Virus record (IMG/VR): IMGVR_UViG_3300036851_000176
Coordinates: 1-64,000 of that record
Source of the DNA: a virus
Direction: 5' to 3' (one strand)
Length of the DNA: 64,000 nt
Below, piece after piece: positions 55,562 through 64,000 of this stretch (positions are counted from its first letter, which is position 1; the number at the start of each line of letters is the position of its first letter). Below the pieces are notes generated by a model that did no database searches, was not told the origin of the DNA, and saw only the letters and a list, made by a program, of their open reading frames with translations. The translations under genes and the position numbers were made by a program.

Positions 55562-56530
55562 TTAGGCGGCGCGGGCGCGCTGGGCCTTCTGCGTGATGCT
55601 CTTCTGCTGTGTGATGCTCTGATGGTTCTTGACCATCCCGCTACCGCTGAGAAGGTTGTCGATGAGCGCCTGCTTCTCCGGGGTGCGCTGCTTCTCCGAG
55701 AGACGCTTCCAGATCTCGTCGATCAGAAGTCCAGTGAACTCATCGCGCCGACCACCAGCCTGCTTCTCGCGCCATGCGTAATGACGCTCTTTCCTCTTGC
55801 CACGAAGGGCCAGTTTGTTCCCTGCGCGATCACGGTTCGGGGGATCCACCAGTTCGGCGAGTTCGCGAGCGATGGACTCGTCTCCGAACGTGTCATCGAG
55901 CAGTTCGCGGTAGATACCCATGATCTTCGCCTTCGGGGCGAGACCGTTCTGGACGAGCCAGATGAGAGCGCCGGTGCTTCCGGCCTGCGGGATTTTGAAC
56001 TCCTTGTTGAGTTCGGAGGCGACTGAGTAGATCGAGAGATCCGTGAAGATCGGATCGCTCAGAACCAGTTGCTCCCGCTCATAGGCGGAAAGAGCATCGC
56101 CATACGGCAGGCCGTTCAGTTGGTTGACGTAGTTCGCCGCGCCGGTGATGGCCGTGAACTGCTGGCTATGTCCCGCCAACCTCGTCATCTCTGCCCCTGT
56201 GCGAGCGCGACCCGTGTCCTGGAAGATGAACGTCTCGGGATCGACGTTCTCCTGGACATAGGTCTTGAGGGGCACCGCACACCGAGAAACGGCGATCAAG
56301 CGATGCCGACCGTTGTAGACCGCTCCATCGGGACCGAGGCGGATCGGGTCAGCGACTTCCCAACGCCAGAAACCGCCTTCGAGGGCGCGAATGTGCTTCT
56401 GCACCGCAACCTCCGAGATTCTCCGGGAGAACCCCGTCGCGGTGGGGATGGCAAGCGCCTCGTCGGCGAGACGCTTGGTGTAGGTACGAATCTTCATTCT
56501 TCCTCCTGAGGGGATGGATTCCTGCTTCAC
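55562..56530 (-). CDS. ParB/Srx-like N-terminal domain protein
   Basis: DPIRLGPDGAVYNGRHRLIAV...DTGRART. Confidence 0.75.
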   Translation of the reverse strand: MKQESIPSGGRMKIRTYTKRLADEALAIPTATGFSRRISEVAVQKHIRALEGGFWRWEVADPIRLGPDGAVYNGRHRLIAVSRCAVPLKTYVQENVDPETFIFQDTGRARTGAEMTRLAGHSQQFTAITGAANYVNQLNGLPYGDALSAYEREQLVLSDPIFTDLSIYSVASELNKEFKIPQAGSTGALIWLVQNGLAPKAKIMGIYRELLDDTFGDESIARELAELVDPPNRDRAGNKLALRGKRKERHYAWREKQAGGRRDEFTGLLIDEIWKRLSEKQRTPEKQALIDNLLSGSGMVKNHQSITQQKSITQKAQRARAA

Positions 56531-56560
56531 GATCTCAACTTAGCAGAAAGGCCCGGAAAG

Positions 56561-57580
56561 TCAACCCTCTTCTTTCCACCGCTCGATCACCTTCTGCCGG
56601 ATGGCTTCGGGGTCATAATCTGGATCCTGCCTCTGGGCGATCTTGATGGTCGTGGACTCGAACAGATCGGTCACCCCATCCTTGTTGTCCTGCTTGCAGC
56701 GCTTCTTGAAATCACAAAATTTGCAGGGATTTTCTGTCCACCGCCAATCCTTCGGGCGCTGCGGAAGTTGGTTCTTGAGGAAGGAGTCCCGCCACTCTTC
56801 GAGGAGAGCCAGCGCTCCGGCTACCTCTTCCTCGACGTAGGGAACCCAGATCGCCACGGCGTTCGATGGGTTGTCGCGCGAGACGTAGTAAACGAAGCCA
56901 CCCTGACTCCGCTCCAATCCCATTTTGTCCCAGCCCATCTCCTCGTGCCGGAGTCGGCAGACATGGATGTAGCCGATGACCTGAGCCTTGTGCTTCGGGT
57001 CGGCTACCTGATTGCGCTTGATCGAGTTGAGCACATCCTCCTTCTTCGACTTGATGTCTACCGGGACAACAAAGTTGACCTCAGGTCGAAGGTCTAGCAC
57101 GTCATCGATCGCAGACGAGTACCAGTAGCGTGGATCCTGGAGTCGGAGTTGCTGTGAGTGATCAACCGGACAGCCGATGCCGCCCTTGAGACACACGACC
57201 GGCTGCTTCGTCTCGGGATCGATCTCTTGCTTCTCGGTATGACAGATCTGCACGAGCGAGATCCCCAACTTGTCCCACAAGGCCGTGATCTGTGCTTCAA
57301 CATCGGATCCAGCCCTCGATGTGGCGAGCAGATGCGGACTTGGCTTCTCGTCGAGAGTCTTCGGGAGGTTCAGCAGCCCGTAGAGAGCCTTGCGACCACA
57401 GTGCTTCTCGTCGATACCGGCCGGAAACATGCCGCCCCAGAACGATGTTCTGAAACGTCCGTTCTCCATCTCGTGATCGCCACGCATCTGCCAAGCCTTG
57501 ATCGTCAACTTGTGCAGGCTCGGAGCGTCCGGGTGATCGATGATCCCCAGACGAGCGAAGAGTTCCTTGCGGGATACCAC
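56561..57580 (-). CDS. Cas4-like PD-(D/E)XK exonuclease
   Basis: CGRKALY, IDD...VDIKS...Q...Y, PCKFCDFKKRC. Confidence 0.8.
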   Translation of the reverse strand: MVSRKELFARLGIIDHPDAPSLHKLTIKAWQMRGDHEMENGRFRTSFWGGMFPAGIDEKHCGRKALYGLLNLPKTLDEKPSPHLLATSRAGSDVEAQITALWDKLGISLVQICHTEKQEIDPETKQPVVCLKGGIGCPVDHSQQLRLQDPRYWYSSAIDDVLDLRPEVNFVVPVDIKSKKEDVLNSIKRNQVADPKHKAQVIGYIHVCRLRHEEMGWDKMGLERSQGGFVYYVSRDNPSNAVAIWVPYVEEEVAGALALLEEWRDSFLKNQLPQRPKDWRWTENPCKFCDFKKRCKQDNKDGVTDLFESTTIKIAQRQDPDYDPEAIRQKVIERWKEEG

Positions 57581-58074
57581 TAGTTGTCGTCGGGAGAACC
57601 CGGACCTGGACCTTCATCCTGCGGAGGAGGAACAGTGAAGATGTCTGACACATCATGAAGTTCTACTGGCGGTCCTTGCTCAGCCTCGCGAGCCTTCCGT
57701 TCAGAGCGAGCGGCTTGGGCCTGCAATCGAAGTTCTTGTTCGATGTTCTTGACCAGTTCACACGAATCTGCATATCCGGTCATGAGAGTGGACAGCATGG
57801 CAATGACCTGAGGGCGCGTTAGTCCGCTACCGCTGGCGGCAGCTGTGTCCAAACCAGCGAGAAAGTGCTCGATCATCGTGGCCGACATCGCCTGAAGGCC
57901 AAGAGGGAGATGATTCGTGTACATACGCTCCTGGGGACTGATCGGGTCATCCTGCGCATATTGCGACTCGTCTTCCTCCGAAGGCTCTCCTTCCTCCCAA
58001 TCACAGGTACAACCTTCTCCGTGTGGGCCGAATGGTCTCTTGCTTCCTCCGCCAGCGTCCATCTCGTCATTCAT
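57580..58074 (-). CDS. Hypothetical acidic protein
   Basis: Starts MNDEMD after GGAGG RBS. Confidence 0.55.
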   Translation of the reverse strand: MNDEMDAGGGSKRPFGPHGEGCTCDWEEGEPSEEDESQYAQDDPISPQERMYTNHLPLGLQAMSATMIEHFLAGLDTAAASGSGLTRPQVIAMLSTLMTGYADSCELVKNIEQELRLQAQAARSERKAREAEQGPPVELHDVSDIFTVPPPQDEGPGPGSPDDN

Positions 58075-58480
58075 CTTCGTCCACCTCCCTGAGCAGTTCG
58101 GGGATCGCGGCGCGCGCCATGCGCTCCTGCGACTTGCTGTTCGGAACCGTGAGTTCGAGATCTCCGGCAACGAGCCGGAAAAACTCGTCCTTGCGCATCA
58201 TGACGAGATCCAATTCCTCTTCGCTCTCGGCGAAGAACCGAACCGCCATCAGAGCGAGCCTACCATCTCCGCCAGGGCCGAGGGTCGCCATGATCGCTTC
58301 TCGGAAATCCTCACCACTGATCTGAGCCGAGCGCGTGGCCTTGAGGCTCCAGAGGGTTCCGCGACCGCGAACGTCAAGTTTGCTGTGCCATTGATTCCCT
58401 GACCCCTGAACGCGCGAGAGATCCATTTCTTGAGCGAAGTCCTCTTCGAACTTGCGGCCGATATTGACTACGTCGCTCAC
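58067..58480 (-). CDS. Holliday-junction resolvase-like PD-(D/E)XK protein
   Basis: GRKFEE...GSGNQW..KLDV...SLK. Confidence 0.65.
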   Translation of the reverse strand: MSDVVNIGRKFEEDFAQEMDLSRVQGSGNQWHSKLDVRGRGTLWSLKATRSAQISGEDFREAIMATLGPGGDGRLALMAVRFFAESEEELDLVMMRKDEFFRLVAGDLELTVPNSKSQERMARAAIPELLREVDEDE

Positions 58481-58683
58481 ACCGGCTCGATCTTCACCTG
58501 GAGAGTGCTCGGGTCAGCCCAATCGATGGCTTCGCCGAGGTATCCCTCTTCGATGCTCTTCTGGTCGATCGCGGCCATCTGGGCGGGCGTCACGTCATCA
58601 TCCGGTGCGTCCCGATAGTTCTCCGGGATAGCGTCATACTCGCCGATGACGGTGATTCGTAGGCGAACCGTATCGTCACTCAT
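58477..58683 (-). CDS. Hypothetical protein
   Basis: ATGA overlap with recA stop. Confidence 0.55.
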   Translation of the reverse strand: MSDDTVRLRITVIGEYDAIPENYRDAPDDDVTPAQMAAIDQKSIEEGYLGEAIDWADPSTLQVKIEPV

Positions 58684-59705
58684 GCTGCCTCCTTGAACAT
58701 CTCGGCCTTGATCTTGTCCTGGAGTTTCTTGTCGCCCTCGATCAGTTCGCGGACTCCGTTTTTGCCCTGAACCTTCTGATCCCCGTACACATACCAGGAA
58801 GAGCCCTTGCCGGTTGGTTCGACGATCTTGTGGTAGATCGCGCCCTTCATAAGCGACCACAGTTCGTCGTATTGACCGGTGGCATAGTCGAGGCGGAGCC
58901 GCGCGGTTGCATTTTCCTTGCCGAACCCTCCGCTCTTGGCGACGCGAATCGCGTACTCGATCCCATCTGGCTCTTTGTCGCCAGTCAGGGATTCGCCTGC
59001 CTTCGTGTCGGGGTCGAGCACCCCGTCAGCGGTGTAGTACAGCCAGTGGGACTTGCGGAACGCCAGCGACAGACGAGAGATGTACTCGATGGCTGCGCCG
59101 CCTGTGGGATTCTCGCTCCCCCCGTACCCGAACGCGCTGCGGGTCTGGTTGATCATGATGATCGTGTTCTCGGTGTCATCGAAACGCTCGTTGACGCGCC
59201 GAATCGTCTTTCCCCACACGCGGGCACTGATGCCGGGACGCCACTCGTTCGCCTTCATGGAAAGTTCCTCCTCGGCCACGCCGAACGCGATCGAGTCAAT
59301 GACGTGGACGTGGGCTGAGGACAGGAGAGTTTCGAGCTTCGCTCCGACATGCTCGATCACCGTGCCCTCGACGACCTCCAGTTTGTTCGTGTCGATGCCA
59401 TGCTTCTTACACCACGCCTCCGAGAACTGCTTCTCGATGTTGTAGTACGCGCAAGTGAGTCCCATCGCCTGAGCATTGGCAATCACGTTATAGGCCGTCA
59501 GCGTCTTGCCACTGGCCTTCGGCCCGAAGAAGTGGCACCAGCGTCCGAGCGGTACTCCGCCGCCAATCGCGTAGTCCAGTTCCATGCTTCCGGTCGGAAT
59601 ACGCCGCAGCGCTGGCTTGTCTGAACCCTTGACGACGGCCTTCTCCCCGTACAACTTCCTGATGATCGACAGATGCTTGTCGAGATTGCTTGGATCCACA
59701 GGCAT
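58680..59705 (-). CDS. recA: RecA-like recombinase
   Basis: IPTGSMELDYAIGGGVPLGR, GPKASGKT, VIDS, INQTR, TGG. Confidence 0.92.
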   Translation of the reverse strand: MPVDPSNLDKHLSIIRKLYGEKAVVKGSDKPALRRIPTGSMELDYAIGGGVPLGRWCHFFGPKASGKTLTAYNVIANAQAMGLTCAYYNIEKQFSEAWCKKHGIDTNKLEVVEGTVIEHVGAKLETLLSSAHVHVIDSIAFGVAEEELSMKANEWRPGISARVWGKTIRRVNERFDDTENTIIMINQTRSAFGYGGSENPTGGAAIEYISRLSLAFRKSHWLYYTADGVLDPDTKAGESLTGDKEPDGIEYAIRVAKSGGFGKENATARLRLDYATGQYDELWSLMKGAIYHKIVEPTGKGSSWYVYGDQKVQGKNGVRELIEGDKKLQDKIKAEMFKEAA

Positions 59706-62700
59706 TAGTTATCCTCCTCGGCTAGTTGGGCTGCGAGACGGCTCACGGAGTCGGCTCGGGTGACGGTGAGGGAGCGACGATCTTCCTGCCACTTACCTCT
59801 TAGAAGGATAGCGTTCCCCTCGGTCAGCAGATCCTTGTATCGGCTCAATTGCTCGGACCAGAACACCGTCTCAATGTCCTGCCCGTCGAACCACAGGCGG
59901 ACGAACGCATAGGGGTCGCCCTTCTTCGTCTTCTTGCGCTTGACTTCGACGACCTCACCGGCGACGTTCACGCGCTGGCCGTCCTCTGCCTCGTCCAGAA
60001 TGTCGAGGAGGCAGAACTCGTCGAGGAACTCTCTGTACTCGGCCAGTTGAGACTTCTGGCTCGGGGAGAATCCGAGCAGGTTGCGCTCGTACTCGCCCTT
60101 CACTTCGTCGTGCATGCCGTCGCGCTGGCCGTCGAAGTCGAATGCTCCGCAGTCGATGAGCGACTGCCGAACTCGCGAATTGATCATGCGCTTGGCTTTG
60201 GCGGCGGCGATCTTCTCGTCAAACTCTTCGAGATTGGCGAAGGGACGAAGTTCCATGATCTTGCTGGCAGCGGTGTCTCCGACGTTCTGGATCCCCAGCA
60301 GTCCGAATCGGATGCTGTCGCCATCCAGCGTGAAGCCGATGCCCGACGAGTTCACGTCCGGAGGCATGACCTCGATCTTGTACGCGCGCGCCTCGCGAAT
60401 CGCCGAGTCGGCCTCCTTCGGCTTCACGGTCATGATCGCTGCGTAATACTCGACCGGGTAGTGGGTCTTGAGCCACTGATCCTGGTACGCCTGGAGCGCG
60501 TAACCGGCGGCGTGCGCGCGGTTGAACGAGTACGTGGACATCTCCAGGATGTCGGCGAAGAGTTGCTTCGCATACTCGGTCGCGACGCCACTCTTCTTGC
60601 ATCCGTCCATCCAGATCTTCCGGAACTCCTCGAGCTTCTTGCGTCCCTCGATGTCGCGAGCGACACCCTTGCCGACGACCTTGCGCGCTTTGTCCGCGAT
60701 GCCAGGGTCCACGCCCGCGAGCACGATGAAGAGCATCATCACTTGCTCCTGGTACGTGATGACTCCGTAAGTGCGTCCGAGCACGCTCTCGGCCTGCTCC
60801 GGGATCTCGTACTCCTCCTTGCCGTTCTTGCGCTTGGAGAACTTGCCGATGTAGGCCATTGGACCCGGGCGAGCCATCGCGTTCGCCGCGATCAGATGCT
60901 CAATCTCTGTCGGCTTGATCTCTGCGGCAGCGCGCATAGCGGCGGGGCCAGCGAACTGGAAGATGCCTAGATTCGATCCCTTGCCGAATCTCTCGCAGAC
61001 CTCGCGCTCTCCAACAGGAGTGACGATCTCCGGGTGGGTGATCGGATCCTCGAAGTCCACGACGACTCCGTGGCGCTCTTTGATGAACTCGATGCACTTC
61101 TGCTGGATCGTCAGCGCTTCTGTCACCAGCATGTCGATCTTGAGGAAGCCGTAGGTCGCGATCAGTTCGTTGTTCGCTCGCGCGCTCCACTGAGTCACGG
61201 CCTCCTGACCCTTGGTCTCGTCGGAATCGCCGCGCATCGACTTGAGGCCAGGGATGCGCATCGTCGGCATCAGTTCGCGCACCGGGCCGTCCGTAACGAC
61301 CACCGCTGCGGCGTGCTTCGACATGTTCTTGATCTGTCCTTCGAGACGAGTGGCCGTATCCCATGCGTCGGGATGATCCTCCCGCCACTTGGCGACCCTC
61401 TCGTGCCCCGGCTTGTCTACGACATCTTCGAGCGTCGTGCCGATCGCCTCGTCATCGAGTTCTTTCGAGACGGACTCGCCCTCCATGTACTCGAAGCGGA
61501 ACACTCGGCCGAGATCTTTGATCACAGACTTCATGCCGAACGACTGGAACGCGGCCACGTCCGCGACTTGCTCCTCTCCGTACTTGTCTACGAGGTACTG
61601 ACGCACTTCGTCGCGCCGGTCAGCCTGAAAGTCGATGTCAACGTCCGGCATCTCCGCGCGCGCGTCGTTCATAAAGCGCTCGAACAGGAGGTCGTACCCG
61701 ATGGGATCGATCGCCGTGACGCGGATCAAGTACAGAACGAGCGAGGCCCCCGCCGAACCTCGACAGGGGCCGACTCGGATACCCTGGAGTTTCGCCCAGC
61801 GTACCATGTCGCCGATGATGTAGAAGTAGTCGAACGCGTCCTTGCGATCGAACATCGCGAGTTCGTGGGCCAGGCGCTCTTCGTACTCCTGCACGCCTTC
61901 CTTACCAATTCTGGTAAGCCCTTCACGGCACCATTCGGTGATCGTCTTCTTGGCGTCAACTTCGACGCGAGGGAACTTCGGCGCATCAGAGAAAGTGAAG
62001 GCGTCTACGCTCTTCGCGATGTCGAGAGAGGTCGCAATCCCTTCATCCACGTACTTCTCTGCGACACCCATGCTTGCGAAATGCTTGCGCACCTCCTCTT
62101 CGCTCATCATCCACTGAGTCGGATAGGCATAGTCGATCGCAGTCTTATCCTTGTCCTCTTCCTTCTCGGACTTCGTTCCCATGCTCGACCTCATCGCGCG
62201 CACGGCTCCCTGAGACAAGCGCCAGTCCTCGTCGGGGTAGTGGGCATCGCACGTCGCCAGCAGCGGAACGCCACGCTCTTGAGCCATAGAAATGATGGCA
62301 TCGTTGGCGATGTTCTGTCCGTCGAAATCGTGTGGCTGGATCTCCATGTAGAAGTCATCGCCGAACAGGCCGAGGAATCGGCCGAGGATTTCTTCCGGGT
62401 CGCCGTCGATGCGCTGCTCCCACGGCTGGAGGATCAGGCGGGGGATGTACCCGTTCACGCAGCCAGAAGTGCAAATGAGACCTTCCCGGAATTTGGAAAG
62501 TAGTTCCCAGTCAATGAGAGGATTCCGGTAGAAGCGATCGTGCTCGAAGCTGACGCTCGACAGCCGCATCAGGTTCTGGAATCCCTGCGCGTTCTTCGCC
62601 AACAACAGAAGATGGTGCCCGCGCGTCTGAGTCTCTTTCGCCCATCCCTGGTACGGCTCGAAGTACGTCTCGATGCCGATGATTGGCTTGATGTCCGCGT

Positions 62701-62866
62701 CGTCGCACGCCTGCGCGTGATACAGCGCACCGGCCAGGTTCTCGTGGTCAGTCAGAGCGAAGGCGTCCTGCTTGATCTCCTTGGCGCGCTCGGCGTAGTT
62801 CTCCGCCTTGCCGCAGCCGTCCAGGAGGGAGAACTCGCCATGCAAGTGCAGGTGGCAAAAACTCAA
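59705..62866 (-). CDS. dnaE: DNA polymerase III alpha subunit
   Basis: HLHLHGEFSLLDG, RGSAGASLV, MPDVDIDF, GFLKIDML, SFNRAHA, C-terminal OB fold. Confidence 0.96.
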   Translation of the reverse strand: MSFCHLHLHGEFSLLDGCGKAENYAERAKEIKQDAFALTDHENLAGALYHAQACDDADIKPIIGIETYFEPYQGWAKETQTRGHHLLLLAKNAQGFQNLMRLSSVSFEHDRFYRNPLIDWELLSKFREGLICTSGCVNGYIPRLILQPWEQRIDGDPEEILGRFLGLFGDDFYMEIQPHDFDGQNIANDAIISMAQERGVPLLATCDAHYPDEDWRLSQGAVRAMRSSMGTKSEKEEDKDKTAIDYAYPTQWMMSEEEVRKHFASMGVAEKYVDEGIATSLDIAKSVDAFTFSDAPKFPRVEVDAKKTITEWCREGLTRIGKEGVQEYEERLAHELAMFDRKDAFDYFYIIGDMVRWAKLQGIRVGPCRGSAGASLVLYLIRVTAIDPIGYDLLFERFMNDARAEMPDVDIDFQADRRDEVRQYLVDKYGEEQVADVAAFQSFGMKSVIKDLGRVFRFEYMEGESVSKELDDEAIGTTLEDVVDKPGHERVAKWREDHPDAWDTATRLEGQIKNMSKHAAAVVVTDGPVRELMPTMRIPGLKSMRGDSDETKGQEAVTQWSARANNELIATYGFLKIDMLVTEALTIQQKCIEFIKERHGVVVDFEDPITHPEIVTPVGEREVCERFGKGSNLGIFQFAGPAAMRAAAEIKPTEIEHLIAANAMARPGPMAYIGKFSKRKNGKEEYEIPEQAESVLGRTYGVITYQEQVMMLFIVLAGVDPGIADKARKVVGKGVARDIEGRKKLEEFRKIWMDGCKKSGVATEYAKQLFADILEMSTYSFNRAHAAGYALQAYQDQWLKTHYPVEYYAAIMTVKPKEADSAIREARAYKIEVMPPDVNSSGIGFTLDGDSIRFGLLGIQNVGDTAASKIMELRPFANLEEFDEKIAAAKAKRMINSRVRQSLIDCGAFDFDGQRDGMHDEVKGEYERNLLGFSPSQKSQLAEYREFLDEFCLLDILDEAEDGQRVNVAGEVVEVKRKKTKKGDPYAFVRLWFDGQDIETVFWSEQLSRYKDLLTEGNAILLRGKWQEDRRSLTVTRADSVSRLAAQLAEEDN

Positions 62867-63177
62867 CGCTCTGGCTCCGGGGGAATGTCATGAGGGAACG
62901 CGACGTGACCAAGACGAAGAGAGCAACCGTCGTAATCACAAACTGCGCTCGCTGTATTGGAGGGGGCGTTCGCCCAGTCGCGAATGTCCTGAAAGATGTC
63001 GTGCTCTGGGTCGTCCCATGGGCGCTCCATCAGTTTCGCCAAGGGATCGTTGATCGGCACGGAGATCGTCGCCGTTCGCGGGCGAGTCAGTCCGCCCTCG
63101 ATCACAACTGCTTCCTCGGGGACGTAACCCATGAAGAGCGTGTCTCCGTTCAGGTTCTGGATCTTGACTGTGAGCAT
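62863..63177 (-). CDS. Hypothetical protein
   Basis: TAATG and TTGA coupling. Confidence 0.55.
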   Translation of the reverse strand: MLTVKIQNLNGDTLFMGYVPEEAVVIEGGLTRPRTATISVPINDPLAKLMERPWDDPEHDIFQDIRDWANAPSNTASAVCDYDGCSLRLGHVAFPHDIPPEPER

Positions 63178-63626
63178 TACGCGAAATCCTCCTCTCCCCA
63201 CATCGACAAGTGGAGTGCGGGATCCGTCGGGTGAACCAGACGCAAGATGAGGATCGCGAACTCGAACCCACCGAGCATACAGGCGACCGAGCGATGGTTT
63301 CCGTCCATGATCGTATTGCCGAGAGCGGGAAGCACAAGAGCGATCTTCTGATTCTCTCCTTCCATCTCTGCGGCGAGATCAAAGACCTCCTTGCGCCAGT
63401 CCTGACCGAACAAACTCATGTCTCCGATCACTTCGTGCAGAGAGATCTTCTGGCCTCCATCGCCCAGGATGCCACCCTTCGTGACGACGATCTTCCAGTC
63501 TCCTAGAGCCTTTCGATCATCAACCACACAATGAGCCACGCGCCATTGTTCCGCTTTTGCGCGGTCCCAGTTGATCCGGGGCATGCACCCCTTGAACAGC
63601 ATTTCGAATTCTTCGATTGAAAGCAT
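63177..63626 (-). CDS. ParB/Srx-like protein
   Basis: IMDGNHRSVA. Confidence 0.55.
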   Translation of the reverse strand: MLSIEEFEMLFKGCMPRINWDRAKAEQWRVAHCVVDDRKALGDWKIVVTKGGILGDGGQKISLHEVIGDMSLFGQDWRKEVFDLAAEMEGENQKIALVLPALGNTIMDGNHRSVACMLGGFEFAILILRLVHPTDPALHLSMWGEEDFA

Positions 63627-63633
63627 GAGAAGT

Positions 63634-63661
63634 GGGAGCGGAGTCGTGACACTCCGCTCCC
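63634..63661 (-). terminator. 11-bp hairpin downstream of the SSB gene
   Basis: GGGAGCGGAGT-6 nt-ACTCCGCTCCC. Confidence 0.65.
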
Positions 63662-63674
63662 TGACGTGCCGGAT

Positions 63675-64000
63675 TTACTCTTCCTTCTTCTTGTTGCGCT
63701 TCAGGAAGGGACTCTCCTCGCCCTCTTCCTCGTCGTCGTCCGGAGCCTCGGCCTTGGACTTCTTTACCTGGCCCCAGTCCTCGACGGACTTCATCGCGAC
63801 GCGCGCGCTCAGGTCCGGCTTCTTCTCGACGAGTTCCTTGTCGTCCTTCGTGAGCGGGGTCTTGACCGCATCACCCTCGTCGTTGGTTGCCGGATTGAGC
63901 GTGTACGTCGTGTCGAAGCCGGTGCCGCGCCGCTTCACGACGAAGTCGCGGGACGTGAGATCCTTGTATGTCAGGTGCGCCTGTTCCAGAGCATCCTGGA
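63675..64000 (-). CDS. gp32-like single-stranded DNA-binding protein, 5'-partial
   Basis: RDFVVKRRGTGFDTTYTL motif, acidic tail, upstream of dnaE. Confidence 0.7.
   Translation of the reverse strand, partial: QDALEQAHLTYKDLTSRDFVVKRRGTGFDTTYTLNPATNDEGDAVKTPLTKDDKELVEKKPDLSARVAMKSVEDWGQVKKSKAEAPDDDEEEGEESPFLKRNKKKEE

Noticed and set aside
55562-55600. C-terminal -AA as an ssrA-like degron on several proteins
   Set aside because: Most EAA/AA endings are explained by overlap with the next gene's RBS; not distinguishable from chance
56561-57580. Cas4-like gene as evidence of CRISPR
   Set aside because: No repeat-spacer array or other cas genes seen; solo Cas4-like nucleases are common in phage replication modules
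59849-62503. 373- and 489-aa + strand ORFs opposite dnaE
   Set aside because: GC codon-bias shadow frames with no motifs
58680-62866. Inteins or introns in recA and dnaE
   Set aside because: Lengths are normal and no intein motifs or frame breaks were seen

Overview
GC-rich dsDNA bacteriophage fragment from a genome larger than this window. The host is probably an actinobacterium, inferred from leaderless TANNNT promoters, a class E-like sortase, an LPYTG peptide and a DUF6458-like protein. There are two convergent arms. The + arm (1-18540) holds short accessory genes plus DNA ligase, a processive GT2, oligoribonuclease, dCMP deaminase, a stand-alone receiver domain and a sortase with a candidate substrate. 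The - arm (64000 to 18533) runs: replication/recombination (SSB, DnaE, RecA, resolvase, Cas4-like nuclease), a ParB/DruA-like/nuclease cassette, terminase, portal, collagen-like, Gly-rich and LamG virion proteins interleaved with five glycosyltransferase genes, a three-enzyme lysis region, then methyltransferase and nucleotide-metabolism genes. I recognised no major capsid, tape measure, tRNA or CRISPR array. Top leads: (1) a phage-encoded surface-display system (sortase, LAHTT-ending secreted protein, GT2 plus LPYTG micropeptide); (2) a six-copy 18-bp palindrome at fixed spacing upstream of leaderless starts; (3) a collagen-fibre glycosylation locus with modular anchor-like domains; (4) a ParB-DruA-nuclease cassette. 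All product calls come from motif recognition by eye; no database search was run.
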